In this document: positions 1-12,996 of the stretch, one piece after another | How positions within the stretch are numbered: the stretch's first letter is position 1 | How the letters are laid out: every line of letters starts with the position of its first letter | Source of the DNA: Eledone cirrhosa | Taxonomy: Eukaryota | Length of the DNA stretch: 64,000 bases | Reading direction: 5' to 3' | Assembly (NCBI GenBank): GCA_964016885.1 | Contig: OZ024743.1 | Coordinates: 23,746,001 to 23,810,000, forward strand | Position numbers and translations under genes: made by a program | The notes under the pieces: model-generated | What the model was told of the DNA's origin: nothing | Databases searched by the model: none | What the model saw: only the letters and a program-made list of their open reading frames with translations

Positions 1-471
1 AAATGTTTCTCAAAAAAGCAAAACAGTTCAGATATTGATAAATGAGACTACCAAAGCATATTGCACACTGTGACTTCAACTGAACTGACATGATTGTCTT
101 CTGAGAATTCATCTATATGAGGGTGTCCTTGCGTATTCAAGCAAAATGTCCACTGGTCGACTGTGAGCGAATAATGTGTTATTATTGGCTACCAGGATAA
201 TACAGATGGTTAGCTATCGATTTGAAATACTTTGCAGACGAGTTATTGACGTCGAGCAAATATATTTGATGGATATCTTCAAGACGTAAAGGTCGTTATA
301 GTTGATGAATGGTAAATCATTAAAAAGTGATTTTAGAATATCAATTAAGCTAAATTCGCACAGCAAGTACAATCTGTAAAACGTACCTAAAAATCCGGAC
401 GTTGTACCAAACGTACAGAAAAGTCAAATTAAGGGCAAATTTGTACGAACGTACCAACCTCGGCAGCGGTG
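1..471 (-). mobile_element. Possible DNA transposon terminus, running off the window start
   Basis: Minus strand starts CACCGCTGCCGAGGTTGGTACGTTCGTAC followed by repeated CGTAC subterminal motifs. The partner TIR is not in the window. Confidence 0.3.
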
Positions 472-2217
472 AGTGTCAGAGATCTAAGTGTCAAAATGGT
501 CGATAATTCCTGAATTGATTCTGGCTTAATAATAGAAATGTTTTTTTTTTTAAATTAACGTAATTAAATAGTGTTGTGGCACTAACAAACACCTACTCTT
601 TTGGTTATTCTTTATAGCGGTGAAAAACATTTACTTTATCCTACTTTAATATTTTTCAATATAAGCGTTTAAAGTAATTTTTAAAAAATTGTTTCCAAAA
701 CCTAGTATGATCATGGTTTCATTTTTTTTCATCTTGGCCTCCAAGACAAAAACATTTCTAATCTGGCCTGACTCCGAAAATGTTTAAAACACCTGTTTTA
801 GATTAAGCAAATCCCTATGCTTACATGTACAGTATCTCAATTATGTCTTCCAATTGACGATTCAATAACTTCATAGCATATTCAACGGGAAAACAAAAAT
901 TAAATTGTGATCATTGACTATACTTTCCAAATGAATTTTCAGTAAATTTATAATTTGATATTGGTAAATACCTGGAATTTACCATTTCATGAATGTGTTT
1001 AGAAATGTTATTCTATATTTCTTTTTCACTTTTTATAACTTCTGAATAAAATTGGGTAGACGGGAATTTTGTATGGAGGGAAGCACTTGTATTGGATTGT
1101 ACCCCTAATTCAAAGGTACAGCCTTTGTCATGTATTCCACCGCGTTGACTTGACCTGAGAATTACATAAAAAGAGCATATGTCTGTGGGATACTCAGCCA
1201 CTTGTGCATTAATTTAACGAGTAGGTAGTTCGGTTGATTTAAAAATTGAAACCGACGGCGAAACGATCCATCATATCATCGCTCTTGAGTTTGTTTTATT
1301 TTTGCTTTTTAAATTTATATCTTACCCACATAAACAATCTAGATGTTTTAAACAACCTCAGTGATATAGACTTTTTTGGTCTAGACATTGTATTCGTTTG
1401 TTACTTATTTTGATTCTGTCCATCGTGAAAAGGGTCTTCACAGTAATTGACGATGTTTGGTTGAGTAAGTAGTGGTCATAATTATCGTCTCGTGTTTGAA
1501 CACGCAACTAAATTGATAAAATGAAACAGCAGAATATAAAGGGAAATAGTTATTAATCTGCGCCTGCAAATAGTCGTTAGTTAAAGTTCTCAATGTGAAA
1601 TAAATTGACTATAAGAATGTAACCAACAATAATTATTAACCATATCAGCACGTTCTAATTAGTTAAGTCATCCATGTCTGTGTGGTCTAATCGATTAAGA
1701 CTGTTCTGTCATCATATATCGTTTACACTAGCTATGTCAACACAGTTTCATCTGATAATCGTGTAAGAAAGGGGGAGTGGAGTTATTCGAGTGCTAAATT
1801 GAAATATGTATTTAGTACTCGATTGCATGTAAATCCCTACTGTACCCGTCTTTGTATTGTCCTATATGTTCGGCCCCTGTGGCCAAATATAAAAAAATCA
1901 TTATCACACGCGATTCGGAGATGGGTGTAATAGTAAAATAAAATCAATTTTCAGAGTTAGATAGGTTTTGTTAGAATTTTGAAGCTAAAATTTGTTTTTT
2001 CCCCGTGATGTTTTATTTATTTTTTTTAACTGTCGTAAATTACGTGTTTTTTGTTGTTCCATCACCCGAGAACTCTATAACGCCGCTCGTCTCGGAATCC
2101 GGTGCAATGATAATGTAGTCCATGACTACATTATCTTTTTTTTTTTTTTTTAGGATGGTAGGGGATGTTTTGAGTGATATTTGGCTGTTGTGATTTTGCC
2201 TTATCAAAGGCCAACTA

Positions 2218-2323
2218 TATAATTGGCTTCTACTTCTGGCACAAGGCCAGCAATTATCCCAGTGTATTACTGGTACTTTATTTTATCGACCCCGTAAGGA
2301 TGAAAGGCAAAGTTAACCTCGGT
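2218..2323 (-). mobile_element. tRNA-derived SINE family A, 3' fragment
   Basis: Reverse complement of the body (ttgcctttcatccttacggggtcgataaaataaagtaccag) and tail seen in the full copy at 50248. Confidence 0.75.
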
Positions 2324-2559
2324 GGTATAATATACTTTCAAGAGGACTATAACATTTAAAATTTTACAAAATGGACACTTGTTCTTTATCTGTCTTTAAA
2401 AAAAATAATTTAATTAATAAGTCTGAGAAGATAGAACAACTGCTAACCTTTTTAAGCACTGGGGTTAGTATGGTTAACTATTTAACATGAATTCACATAG
2501 TTTAGTTTACATTTGAGGGGTGAATAGAAGTAAATATACACACAGAGGAGTCTGTGATG

Positions 2560-2740
2560 CAGTTCCAAGTCAGCCTTGATTGAGAAGACCTGTGATAAAG
2601 ACTACTCCAGTCGTAACTTTACTGTCTTTATTCAGACATAATTACTCCATCTATACTAAAAGAGACTATATTCTCTTTCTCTTTTAATATAGGAGTAATT
2701 TGACTGCTATTTCTAACAGGCCGAGCGACCATATAGAGGA
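2560..2740 (-). mobile_element. SINE-like family C fragment
   Basis: Similar to copies at 13795-14010 and 16022-16140 (gctgctatttctaacagg and gactatattc motifs). Confidence 0.5.
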
Positions 2741-3919
2741 TTCTTTTTATAGTAGACCATGTAAAGGTTTCTTTCATTGGCTGGACAAAATAGGGCAGGA
2801 CTTCCCAACTTGTGATAAATTTATCCACTAGAGAGTAATTTTCGCCTACTCAGCTGGTAGATTTGTCAACACAGGATTTATTTATATATATATATTCAAT
2901 TATAATTTTTAAATAATCTGAATTGAGAAAAAATTTGAAGTAGGGCTATATTAAAATACAAATGTTTTCTAGAGTTCCATTGTTTAATGCGTCGCCATTG
3001 ACAGACTGTGTTTAGTCTTAGTAGCAGTATCTGTTCCTTATTAGATTTAATATGTTATTATTGTTATTTGAACCTAAAACAGTAATGTTATGGTAAAACA
3101 CGTGGCTTTGTTGTTAAGATTTTAGTCTCAAAAGCATATGATTGTGGGTTTAATTCCCAGTGTCGCATTATTATATCCATCACTCACTGTGTTACGTTGA
3201 AACTCTTCGAAAACTACGTTAAAGGTGCGCATATCTGTAGAATGCTCAGCCACTTGCACATTGGTTTCACGAGTAAGTTGTTCCGTTCAAACAGGAACAT
3301 TCTTTGTCGGAACTTAGAGGTTCAACAATAATGTTTAAAACAGTATTTATTTATTTTTTCCTTTGTCAGTTAGAGATGCAAACTCAAATTACTGAACAAA
3401 ACTGGGTGAGGGGTAAATTTACTTTTGAAAAATTGCCACGTGGTACACAAGATGAAGAAGGTTTTATTCACAGTTATATAAAAAATATAATATAATGCTT
3501 ACAGAACGAAAACACAAACAAATATAATATATACAAAGGAAAAGAAAGAGAAAAAAGACATAAGCAGGTAATATACACACAACAAAAGGCAGGCGAAAGG
3601 GGTGGACAAACTAGCCGCTACCGGAACAAAAGATAACAATATCGCGAGGACCACTAGGTTGAAACGGTGATTCCTTTCATTGGATAGACAACATAGAAAT
3701 TCCTCTAATTAATTAGACCACCTAGATGTTTCCACTCATTGACAGGGCTTCGTAGAGGCTCTCTTTTTTGCTTCATTAGCTTAATTATTGGAATGGGAGA
3801 GTAGACAAATATTTTGTTTTACTGTTGATCAACCTTCATCGGCTTTGACGGCGAGTTTTCCAGTTCGATAAACGGAACATTCTGCTCATAACATTAACCC
3901 AATTCTCGTGGAGATCCAT

Positions 3920-4098
3920 CGTGACACTGTGTGACAAGACAGACCCTTTGAATCATAGGTAGAACTCTTTTTTGCCGTCTGTGTGGACTGGAGCTACGTA
4001 AATGAAAGTGTTTTGTTCAAGGACACAATGCAACACCGAGAATCGAACTCACGACGTTATGATCGTGAGTCGAATACCCTAACCACTATAACACACGT
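3920..4098 (-). mobile_element. tRNA-headed CORE-type SINE fragment
   Basis: Minus strand reads AGTGGTTAGGGTATTCG (A box), GAGTTCGATTCTC (B box), then CCTTGAACAAAACACTTTC as in the SINE at 20894. Confidence 0.65.
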
Positions 4099-4351
4099 TT
4101 TACTGTAAAACTAAGTGGTTGACAATGATTGCATCAAGTGGATAGCATTGGTATGTAGTTACAAGCTTGCCTCTTAGTTGTATTGTTTATGTTTGTGTTA
4201 GTTAAACCTGAGTGTTTGAACTGATAAACACAGACTTATGATCCAATTAGAATATTTTCAAATATTTTCCGGGAGAGGGAGCTTTCCTTCCATTTTTTTT
4301 TTTTCATTTTCATTTTAAAAAGAATTATCTTAAAACTTGTTTCCGTTTTAT

Positions 4352-4559
4352 GGCAATCTTTCGTTTTAGGTACTACGTAAAATAAAACTTTACGAATATG
4401 TTTAAATTTCACTAAGTTTCGGTTTCCGTCAGTTTAAATATCATGGGTTAGGGTTATTATCCTTTGTGAAATATTCCTGTGAGATTTCGCTTCTTTTGAA
4501 ATAAATTTTTGTTTTTCTGGATTTTTTTTTTATTTACGTACCTAAAACGAAAGATTACC
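4352..4559. mobile_element. Merlin-like MITE
   Basis: 22-bp TIRs GG(C/T)AATCTTTCGTTTTAGGTAC and an 8-bp TSD cgttttat at 4344-4351 and 4560-4567. 5'-GG termini with an 8-bp TSD fit the Merlin superfamily. Confidence 0.7.
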
Positions 4560-4859
4560 CGTTTTATTTAAATTTAAGCTTTATTTTCTTCAATAAAACT
4601 TGTTGCATTTCATATATTTTAAGCGTATCGCCTTCCCTTCGTTCCCCATCCCCCTCCAATAGTTGCTTTGCCAGTGTCTGGTAACTTTTCTCGTATTCAA
4701 ATAGCAATGAGTCATTTTTATAATTGTTGCATTATGTCATTCTCAGAACTATATAGTTAAAATAAATGCTATCAATCTGTGTATTTTTTTATTTATTTAT
4801 TTTTTTTTTTTAACACAAATATACGTACATATAAATATATAGACACACTCGCGAAGGAA

Positions 4860-4860
<1 letters not shown>

Positions 4861-4927
<67 letters not shown>
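4861..4927. repeat. (GT)n(AT)n microsatellite
   Basis: Directly visible. Confidence 0.95.
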
Positions 4928-4931
<4 letters not shown>

Positions 4932-5373
4932 CATGGAGGGCAAGACAATGGGAAAATGGACAGTCCCTTCTCTTTAGTCAACTTCTTGAAATCTTTATAG
5001 TTTCAGTGCATTAAAGTGAAGACATAGGACAAATGTGCCTTGCATCAAATTACACAAATAAGGCCCCCAAAATGCTACAAACCAATGTGCTTTAAATGAA
5101 AAGGAAGAGATGGAGTCTTTATTTCCACTTTTCTACACTGGCGTGGGTTGTACAGGATGTTTCGAGACAATTTTTCATAGCCAGATCCTCTTCCTGATAC
5201 CAACTCGTTTAGTTGCCTTTTACGACATGCAGGAATATGGTGCACCTATTGTAAAAATCAGGTTATATATTATTCTTTTAGGAAAGGAATGTTTCTCTTT
5301 TTGTTGAATATAAGTCACCAATTTGGTTGAGGTATATAAGTACCAATTTAGCAGAGAAGTATATTTCGAGAGT

Positions 5374-5762
5374 TGTAATGTTGCCACGAGGAATCAGTTT
5401 ATGATAGGAATATCGACAACGACTTTAGCTTGGTTTTACATTATTTATTAACAGAGGTTGAGCTGGCATGCCAAGAGAAATAAAACAAATCAATTAAGAT
5501 TACAAGAGAAAATACGGTCGACTGGCTGAGGCGTTTAACCAATTCCGTAGTAAAATTGTTGTGTCGTTACATATTGTTTGTGCTGGCGGAGCAAAAGAAC
5601 AAGTGGTGTTTACCTTAGCACGGTCTAGCTGGAAGTGATAGCAGGCTATTTCTCCCTCAGAACGCGTAGGGATACATCCTCTTCTACTGGCGCTGATTGG
5701 CTGAGCTGAGCCAAATCACGCACAGAGAATGTATGTGAGCCTGCGGAATGTAGGTCACTACA
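5374..5762 (-). mobile_element. Solo-LTR-like segment
   Basis: TG...CA termini (TGTAATG and CACTACA, 6/7 inverted match), CpG-rich, with a CCAAT box and an AATAAA about 70 nt from the minus-strand 3' end. No TSD found. Confidence 0.45.
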
Positions 5763-6778
5763 TTCTAATCTTTTGTGTGCACTTTTCATACTAGCATGGG
5801 CTGAATAGGCTGACACAAACCAAACCAGTTTTTATTTGGAGTTACTGTTCTCATAGATAGTTTAGTAATCATGTCTTGTAATATGTTCCTGCTGCAATTA
5901 AAAAGTTCATGTTTTCTGCACTTGCATATGAATTCATAGAATGGTTCTCAAGTGCAGATTGATTTGTGCTTCATAAACAAATTAATTCAGTCATGGATGA
6001 GCATTGACCTTTTGTAAAAATTTATTGATCAGTTATCTTTTGCGCCACTTTTGTGTGGTGGATTGGCAGACTTGGTAAAGCATCAGATAAAATGCCATTG
6101 TGATATTTGTTCCAGAGTCAATAAATAAAATAAGATATCAGTCAAATACTGGAGTTAATTTAATCAATCCTGATTTGCTGGTCCGTTGTCTAAATTAGAA
6201 ATCAACATTTTTTTTATTTATTTATTTACTTTTTTTAGTACTTAGAATTTGTTGTCCATACATCTAAGATTTTTCTCAATTTTTACTGAGATTCAAGTAG
6301 ATAAAATACAATATATTTATTGACCTACTGCTGGCCTTGCAGAGATCAGAAAGCAGTGATTGATGATTATAGTGATTTCAGGAGAAATGATTTTAGTACT
6401 TGTATTATTACACATAGGTGTTCATTCAGATGAGTATCATACTCCCGTCCGGCCAAATGTGTAACATTGTGGCAATGTAAGAAATGATTGAGTTATAAAT
6501 CCTGACTTGGTACAGCATTTTGATCCAGCCCTCCTATATATGAAACAGCTATTTCCAGAACACAATCATGGAAGCAAATTTTCAAAATTGGGAGCTACTT
6601 GAAGGTTCTCATGATGTCTGTAGATTTTGTGGTACAGATATTGTATTTCACTGAGGATATTTATTGTAAAACATTTCACTTAGCTTGGCATTTAATCTTC
6701 TCAATTTAGAGTCACTAGAGCTATAAACAATGTCTCTCTGGAGTGGTGTTAATATCTTTTAAAGCGACCCCTAATAAT

Positions 6779-7009
6779 TTAAAACCTCTAGCATTTAAAC
6801 TAGCCATATCCAGCCAGAATTCTCTCACCTCTTTCTGTTCAAACCGGCTGTAACCAGCCGTTCATACTGATGTTAAGGTATTGTTCTCAAAATAAATAAA
6901 TATCAAAATCTCATCGATTCAATATTATGTGAGATAATTATGTGAAATAAAGTGTTTACCATGAAAATATAATAGTAAATATAGAGTAATGTAAATGCTA
7001 AGGGGTTAA
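6779..7009 (+). mobile_element. piggyBac-type MITE family 1, copy 1
   Basis: Degenerate TIR CCCTTTAGCATTTA, TTAA flanks, body shared with 12 other copies. Confidence 0.85.
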
Positions 7010-7526
7010 AGCAACCCCTAATAATTTTAAATGGAAAAAACAAAAGAACAAAGGAATGCCTATGATGGTTCTGCAGTAATATTTAAAACAGCAACCCCAT
7101 GATTGTTGTTCAGGCACTGTACTAGTAAAACCACTGATGTTACTGTACTCTTCAATAGAAATGGGCTGATGTTATTCTGCTTAGTTTCAGTGGTAGTCTA
7201 ATACTTCCCTCTCTACCCGTCAAGGGACTAATTAACTTACACACGTATTAAGTGACCTATTAGAAAGCCTTGCTACTTAATAACATTGATGCTTACCATT
7301 TAAAAGTACCAATTAACAAAGAATTTGATCTATGTGTTTAAGCTTTGGAATCTAGGCTGCTGGAGAAGTAAGTTGATAATTAAGATTTGATTTTAATTTA
7401 TTCTGGCAGTGTGTTATCAGTGAGGTATAACCATAAAAGTTCTCTGTATCCTAGTTTTGTAGTGTCCAAAGATGTCCTGTATAGCAATGACAGAAAATAT
7501 GTTAGCACTCTATTGCCACTATCTTA

Positions 7527-7724
7527 TTAACTCTTTAGTATTTACATTTCTCTATATATGCTATTGTATTTTTGTGGTAAAGGCTTTATCTTATATAATT
7601 ATTTCACATAATATCGAATCTATGAGATTTTGTTATTTATTTTGAAAACAATACCTTAACATCAGTATGAGCAGCCAGTTTGAACAGAATTCTGGCCGGA
7701 TACGGCCAGTATAAATGCTAGAGA
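7527..7724 (-). mobile_element. piggyBac-type MITE family 1, copy 2
   Basis: ttaactctttagtatttac...ataaatgctaga with the same body in the opposite orientation. Confidence 0.8.
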
Positions 7725-8338
7725 ATCTTGACTGACAAAGACGGATATTAATCAGAGCTACTGTCCTTTCAGACAGTTTGGAAGCCAGGCTTCATGTATG
7801 TTCTGGTTTTAGCATGGTTTCTTCAGCTGCATGCCCTTCCTATCATCAACCCCCTCTAGAGTGTACTAGGTGCATTTTATTGTGGCACCAGCACTAGGGA
7901 AATTGAAGAATTCTCTCAGCTCTTTCTGGTTTAAAGAATTTCATAGAAATTTTCAAATGCAAGATATTTTACAAAATAAAAATGTTTCTTTTCACAATAT
8001 ATATTTCACTTGTAACATTTGATATGGAATTTTTTTTAAATATTCTTTTATTCCCATGTAGCATTAAACTTTAGTTTGAGAAAGCAAACCCAAATAAGAA
8101 TTCAGTCAAATTCTGATTTTGAAAAAGCAGCTTAAGAATGATAAAACATATCCTGCTCTAAATTAGTTACCCCAATTATTCTTTTGATGAAGGAATTTTA
8201 TCCTGAAATATAAGGACCAATAAACAACTGCAACATCTTCATTATCATATTTACAAAAAAAAATGTCCGATTTGTATTGTGGTAACACTGTTTTCTACAC
8301 ACAATGCTTCAAGCAAACTACAACACCCTATATATATA

Positions 8339-8697
8339 TAGGATGTCCCCCAAAAATGTATACACAATAAAATCTTTAAAATAAATTTTGTTTTATATGC
8401 ATTGGCAGTATCGGTAGAGGGTCGCATGCCATGCGTTACAGTCTGAGTTCAAATCCTGCCGAGGTTAGCTTTGCCTTTCATCCTTACAGGGCCAAAAAAT
8501 AAAGCGCCAGTAATGTACTGGGATAATTGCTGGCCTTGTGCCAAAAAGTAGAAACAACTATTTAAAATATGTAAACATTTTTGGGTGTTTACATACAATT
8601 CAATGTTGATCATTTTGTTTTTGGGAAAGACTGTGCATTCTAATAAATATTGCCTGTACAGGTAATCAGTGTGTATACATTTTTGGGGGACACCATG
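8339..8697. mobile_element. Tc1/mariner-type MITE containing a SINE A insertion (about 8400-8562)
   Basis: TIRs tgtcccccaaaaatgtatacac / gtgtatacatttttgggggaca with TA flanks. Internal SINE carries a B box (gagttcaaatcc). Confidence 0.75.
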
Positions 8698-8917
8698 TAC
8701 ATACGATGCGGGTCCCACACACACACTTTCAGTACTGGCTCAGTTTGTAAAGACCCATCTAACTCTTGCTAGCAAGGAAAGCAGGCATTAAATGATGATG
8801 ATACATATACAAAGTGTGTTTGTGTAGATACTGGCCTGATTATTGTATTGCTATTATATAATCTTATTCTGTATGCTGTTGTTATTATTTATGTTGTTAT
8901 TTATGTCTTCTTTTCAG

Positions 8918-9092
8918 GGGAAAACTTTTACAAACCATGCTGTGGACTTGATGCCCGAGAATCACCAAATAAGGAGTTGCCTACTAAACTTTTGAAACAT
9001 GACAGAATTAAAGATCGGCAAGATCTTTCACAGACATTGAACTTTGACCGAGGTCATTTGCTGACAAACAAGAGGTGTGCAGGCACACAAAC
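8918..9092 (+). CDS. Probable internal coding exon of an unidentified host gene (phase 1 to phase 2): ENFYKPCCGLDARESPNKELPTKLLKHDRIKDRQDLSQTLNFDRGHLLTNKRCAGTQT
   Basis: Polypyrimidine acceptor gtcttcttttcag, donor AC|gtaagt, 175 bp of non-repetitive sequence, one open frame and stops in the other two. Confidence 0.6.
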
Positions 9093-9286
9093 GTAAGTAC
9101 AAAAAGGAAAAAAAACATATTTTAAACTGTATGAATTATCTGGGGGTATTTGAAATTTGAAAATGAGAGTCCCAAATTCAGGAAATAATTGTAATAATAA
9201 CACATTATGTGTTTGTGTGTGTATGTCTTCACATTGACACCACCAAGGCAACTGGTGATATATGAAGGGCAATGGAATAAAATGCT

Positions 9287-9544
9287 TTAACCCTTTAGCA
9301 TATACTATTATATTTTCCGTCTAACCCATGTTAGCGTGGAAGAACGGACGTAAAACGGTGATGATGATGATTTTCATGGTAAAGGCTTTACCTCACATAA
9401 TATCGAATCTATGAGATTTTGATATTATTTATTTTGAGAACAATACCTTAACATCAGTATGAATGGCCAGTTACAGCCGATTTGAACAGAAAGAGGTCAT
9501 GGAATTCTGGATGGCTACGACTGGTTTAAATGCTAAAGGGTTAA
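9287..9544 (-). mobile_element. piggyBac-type MITE family 1, copy 3, with a nested RTE-type 3' tail (about 9317-9371)
   Basis: TTAACCCTTTAGCA...TGCTAAAGGGTTAA with an internal insert ending ggacgtaaaacggtgatgatgat. Confidence 0.85.
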
Positions 9545-10831
9545 ATATAAAAGTTGGCATCAGGAACGACATCCCACTGTAGAATACTGCCTTAAGAAGT
9601 CTCATACAACCCATGCCAACATGAAAAAACAGGTATAAAAATGATGATGCCATGTCTGGATAGTTCATTTCATGGGACACCTCTACTACTAATTAATCTT
9701 TGTACATCAATTATATCTGAAGCTCTGATTCTCTATCAATCAGCCAGAGTTCTCTTTACATCTTTTATATAGCTATTACTCTCACTCAGTATGTAGTATT
9801 GAGTTCCTACCTACTCTTTTCATACATATCCAGGAAACCCTCTTGCCAGATGGTACTGCAATTTCCTGCTATCATCTTCTAACTGGAACTTTGACCTTTA
9901 CCATGTGATCCTACCATGTCTACAAATACCCACATTTTCACAGCTATTTAATCCATAGTAATATTTTTTTCTTCTCATTGATGTTTTATCACAGATTAAT
10001 GTTTAAATTGCAAAGGGAGTGGGGTATGGAGCTAACAACTTTACATCCATTATTCAAAATTGCTACAAAAACAATAAAAGTCACCCAATGAACCATAATG
10101 AGCAAAGGGAACTAAAGAAGAAGAAAAAGATTTATGGGGGTTTTTAGTGTAAAAAATAAGAAATAAAATATGGATATTATGAGAAAAGTGTATAAGTATG
10201 TCAGTAGAGAACCTGGCTATAACAGTTCATATCCTGACACTGACAATATGGTTGATATTCTTCATTGTTACAAGACATTTAATATTGCAACTGAATGGAC
10301 TCTGCCAAAAACACCCAATGAAGGACTCCAGGTGGCTCTGTTAAACTGAGTAATAGAATAGATTTACCACCCAAGGAATGGTACAGTCTGACAGGCTTTC
10401 TGTACCCAATTTAACTCAGAAGACTTGCATTGTCCTAAGGCTATAGTGGGATATATTTACCTATAGTGCTGCACAATGAGGTCAAATTTGGAATCTCATG
10501 ATTTTTCCGTTGTCATAATTCAGGACTTCCCCCACTCTGGCTGACGATACTCCTTTCCCTCACAATGACTCAGAAAATCTTCCCCATGACTAAAGACGCC
10601 GCCCCTCCCCTCACCTTCAGTAACACAGGTCTTCCCCCTACAATGTTTCATGTCATTAAGACCCAATCAATTATATATGTTTTTCCTGAAAAGAATAGAC
10701 ACTAACATGATTATTAGAGAGAAAAAATATATTTTAATATATATAATAATAAAATGTAAGAGGTTATGGGAAGATCAGTTAAAAACAACACCCTAAATAT
10801 TTGATTATCTCTATAAGCTTGTATTATGTTA

Positions 10832-10933
10832 GCGAGGTTAACTTTGCCTTTCATCCTTACGGGGTCAATAAAATAAAGTACCAGTAATGTACTGGGATAA
10901 TTGCTGGCCTTGTGCCAAAAGTAGAAACAATTA
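10832..10933 (+). mobile_element. SINE family A, 3' fragment
   Basis: Matches the body and tail of the copy at 50248. Confidence 0.75.
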
Positions 10934-11025
10934 TGTTAGTAGGTACAGTGTAATTTAAAGAGATATTAAATCAACAAACTTTTATAATACACAAACCAAC
11001 TATTCTCTCACTGCATATGAAATCG

Positions 11026-11293
11026 CTCTCTCTCTCCTCTCTGTCTATCTCTCCTCTCTCCTCTCTCTCTCTCTCTCTCTATCCCTCTCCCTCCCTCTTC
11101 TCTTCTCCTCCCCTCTCTTCTCCTCCCTCTCACTCACCCTCCCACCCTCTCCTTCCCTCTCTCCTCTCCACCCCACCCCCTCTCCTCTTCATCCCCCTCC
11201 CACCCCCCTCTCCCCCTCTCTCTCTTCCCCCACCCTCTCCCCCATATCCCCCCCGGTCTCCCCCTATCTCTCCCCCCTCTGCCCCCCCCTCTC
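11026..11293. repeat. C/T-rich low-complexity tract (G-rich on the minus strand)
   Basis: (CT)n grading into C-runs. Confidence 0.9.
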
Positions 11294-12379
11294 ATACATG
11301 TATGTGTTTTTATTTACCTCATGACAAGACAAACTAGAATATTTCACACGCCCTTCAAATTTTCAAGAAAAAGAAAAAAGACAAAACAAAAAAAGGGTGG
11401 AGGGGTAAAGGAGAACAGATATTGTAAAAAAAAAAAAATACCCTCATTGTTTGAAATATATGTTCAAGGATATATGTGAATGGGCGCAGTTTTTTTTTTC
11501 TTTTCTCTTTGCTGTGTTTTAATAGTTTTGTTTATTTTTCTCATAAAAACCTATTGTCTGGATTACTTTTTAACTATTTTTATTTTTAATGTAGTTGAAT
11601 AGCTTCAGTATTTATTTACTCTCCTCTTCCCACTTATACACATATATACAGTTTGTGTGTGTACACATGTTTTAGTTTTATTTCGTTCTAAAACAAACAT
11701 AAAAGTGCTCAATACAACATTGTTACAAGTGTGAAGAGTTTGATTTATGTTTATTCATGTGTAAGGTAAAAAAAAAAAAGAAATTTGGGATTGGGTTTTT
11801 GAACCACGGTTTCATTTAATCCGGCCTATTTGGTCAACTATATATAGTATTGAATGACACCAGGGCTTGGTAACATAATCTATGGTTACCTTACATAAGT
11901 AAACATACATACATGTATGCTTGTGCATGCATACACTATTAATTTTAACAATGGGCGTTTCGGTATTTTGGTTTTGAAATGACTGCCATGCAATGTTTTT
12001 TTCATGAGACTATTGAAATATTTGTAATTTTTAAAACCATTGAGGCAGTGATTAGCATATTTGGCAGAGCATCTAGCTCAATATTTCGCACAATCCAGTC
12101 TCGTATCTTTACTGAGTTCAAATTCCTACAAAGTCAATTTTAATTTTCATCTTTCTGAGGTTGATAAAATAGGTAATATATTGAGGATTGTTTTAATCGA
12201 TTATGCTCTCTATGAGGTGATAGTGCAGGGACCATAACAAAAACACCCAGTTCATCTTGTAAGGTGGTTGTGTTGGTGCCACAACAGAACTCACTCAGTT
12301 CACCCTGTCAACTGGTAGTCCAGGTGTCATGAAAAATGCTCCCAGTCTATACTGTAAAGTGGTTGGTGTTAGGAAGCCC

Positions 12380-12996
12380 AGGTCTCATTACTATGCAACA
12401 TGGCTGCTCATATACACACATCATACAATCTGCTCTTCATTTTAAAAGAAAAACCTTTAGTAGCTAGCAGTGGTAGTAGCTCCCTGAACTTTTTCAATCC
12501 CATCCTCAGTCAGGCTACTGTACTTTCTGAACACCCACCTCCACTGCTAATTTTGTCACCCAAGTAACAGAAGCTGGTAACTGCTTCTATGGAACATTCC
12601 AAGAATTTGATAGCACTTGTTTTCTGTGAGCATTTGTTACATACTACACCTGTGCAATGGCCACATGTAAAACCTATGTTCTTAGCTAACATACCTTGGA
12701 TCCCACTACATCTCTTGTGCACTCATAGCTTGCATTTGGGACAGATGGTGCAATTTCTACCCACCCTTTCTTACACACTAAACAGGGCCAATTCCCAGAA
12801 GGGATCAGGACCTTGTTTTCCTTACTACTTATTAGAACTTAGGTATTTTCCAAATTGACTTTAAAAACTTTTGATTCCAGGTTATGCTTCCAGATCAGGA
12901 ATTTATTTTCTAGTTCTGATATAGATTCAGCTATGAGAGTTAAATCATCAGCATATGGGAGTTCCCAAGGGTATCCTGTTTTAAACTCTTCTGTTA
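12380..12996 (-). pseudogene. Degraded RTE LINE reverse transcriptase fragment with PHD-like region
   Basis: Translates to ITEEFKTGYPWELPYADDL...HKRCSG...FTCGHC...FCYLGD, homologous to 33271-34660, with frameshifts. Confidence 0.85.

Noticed and set aside
2109-2135. Perfect 12-bp hairpin GATAATGTAGTC-cat-GACTACATTATC
   Set aside because: Sits at the truncation point of a SINE C fragment and is probably a local inversion duplication.
11017-11337. Pro/Ser-rich 106-aa ORF
   Set aside because: Translation of a C/T low-complexity tract.
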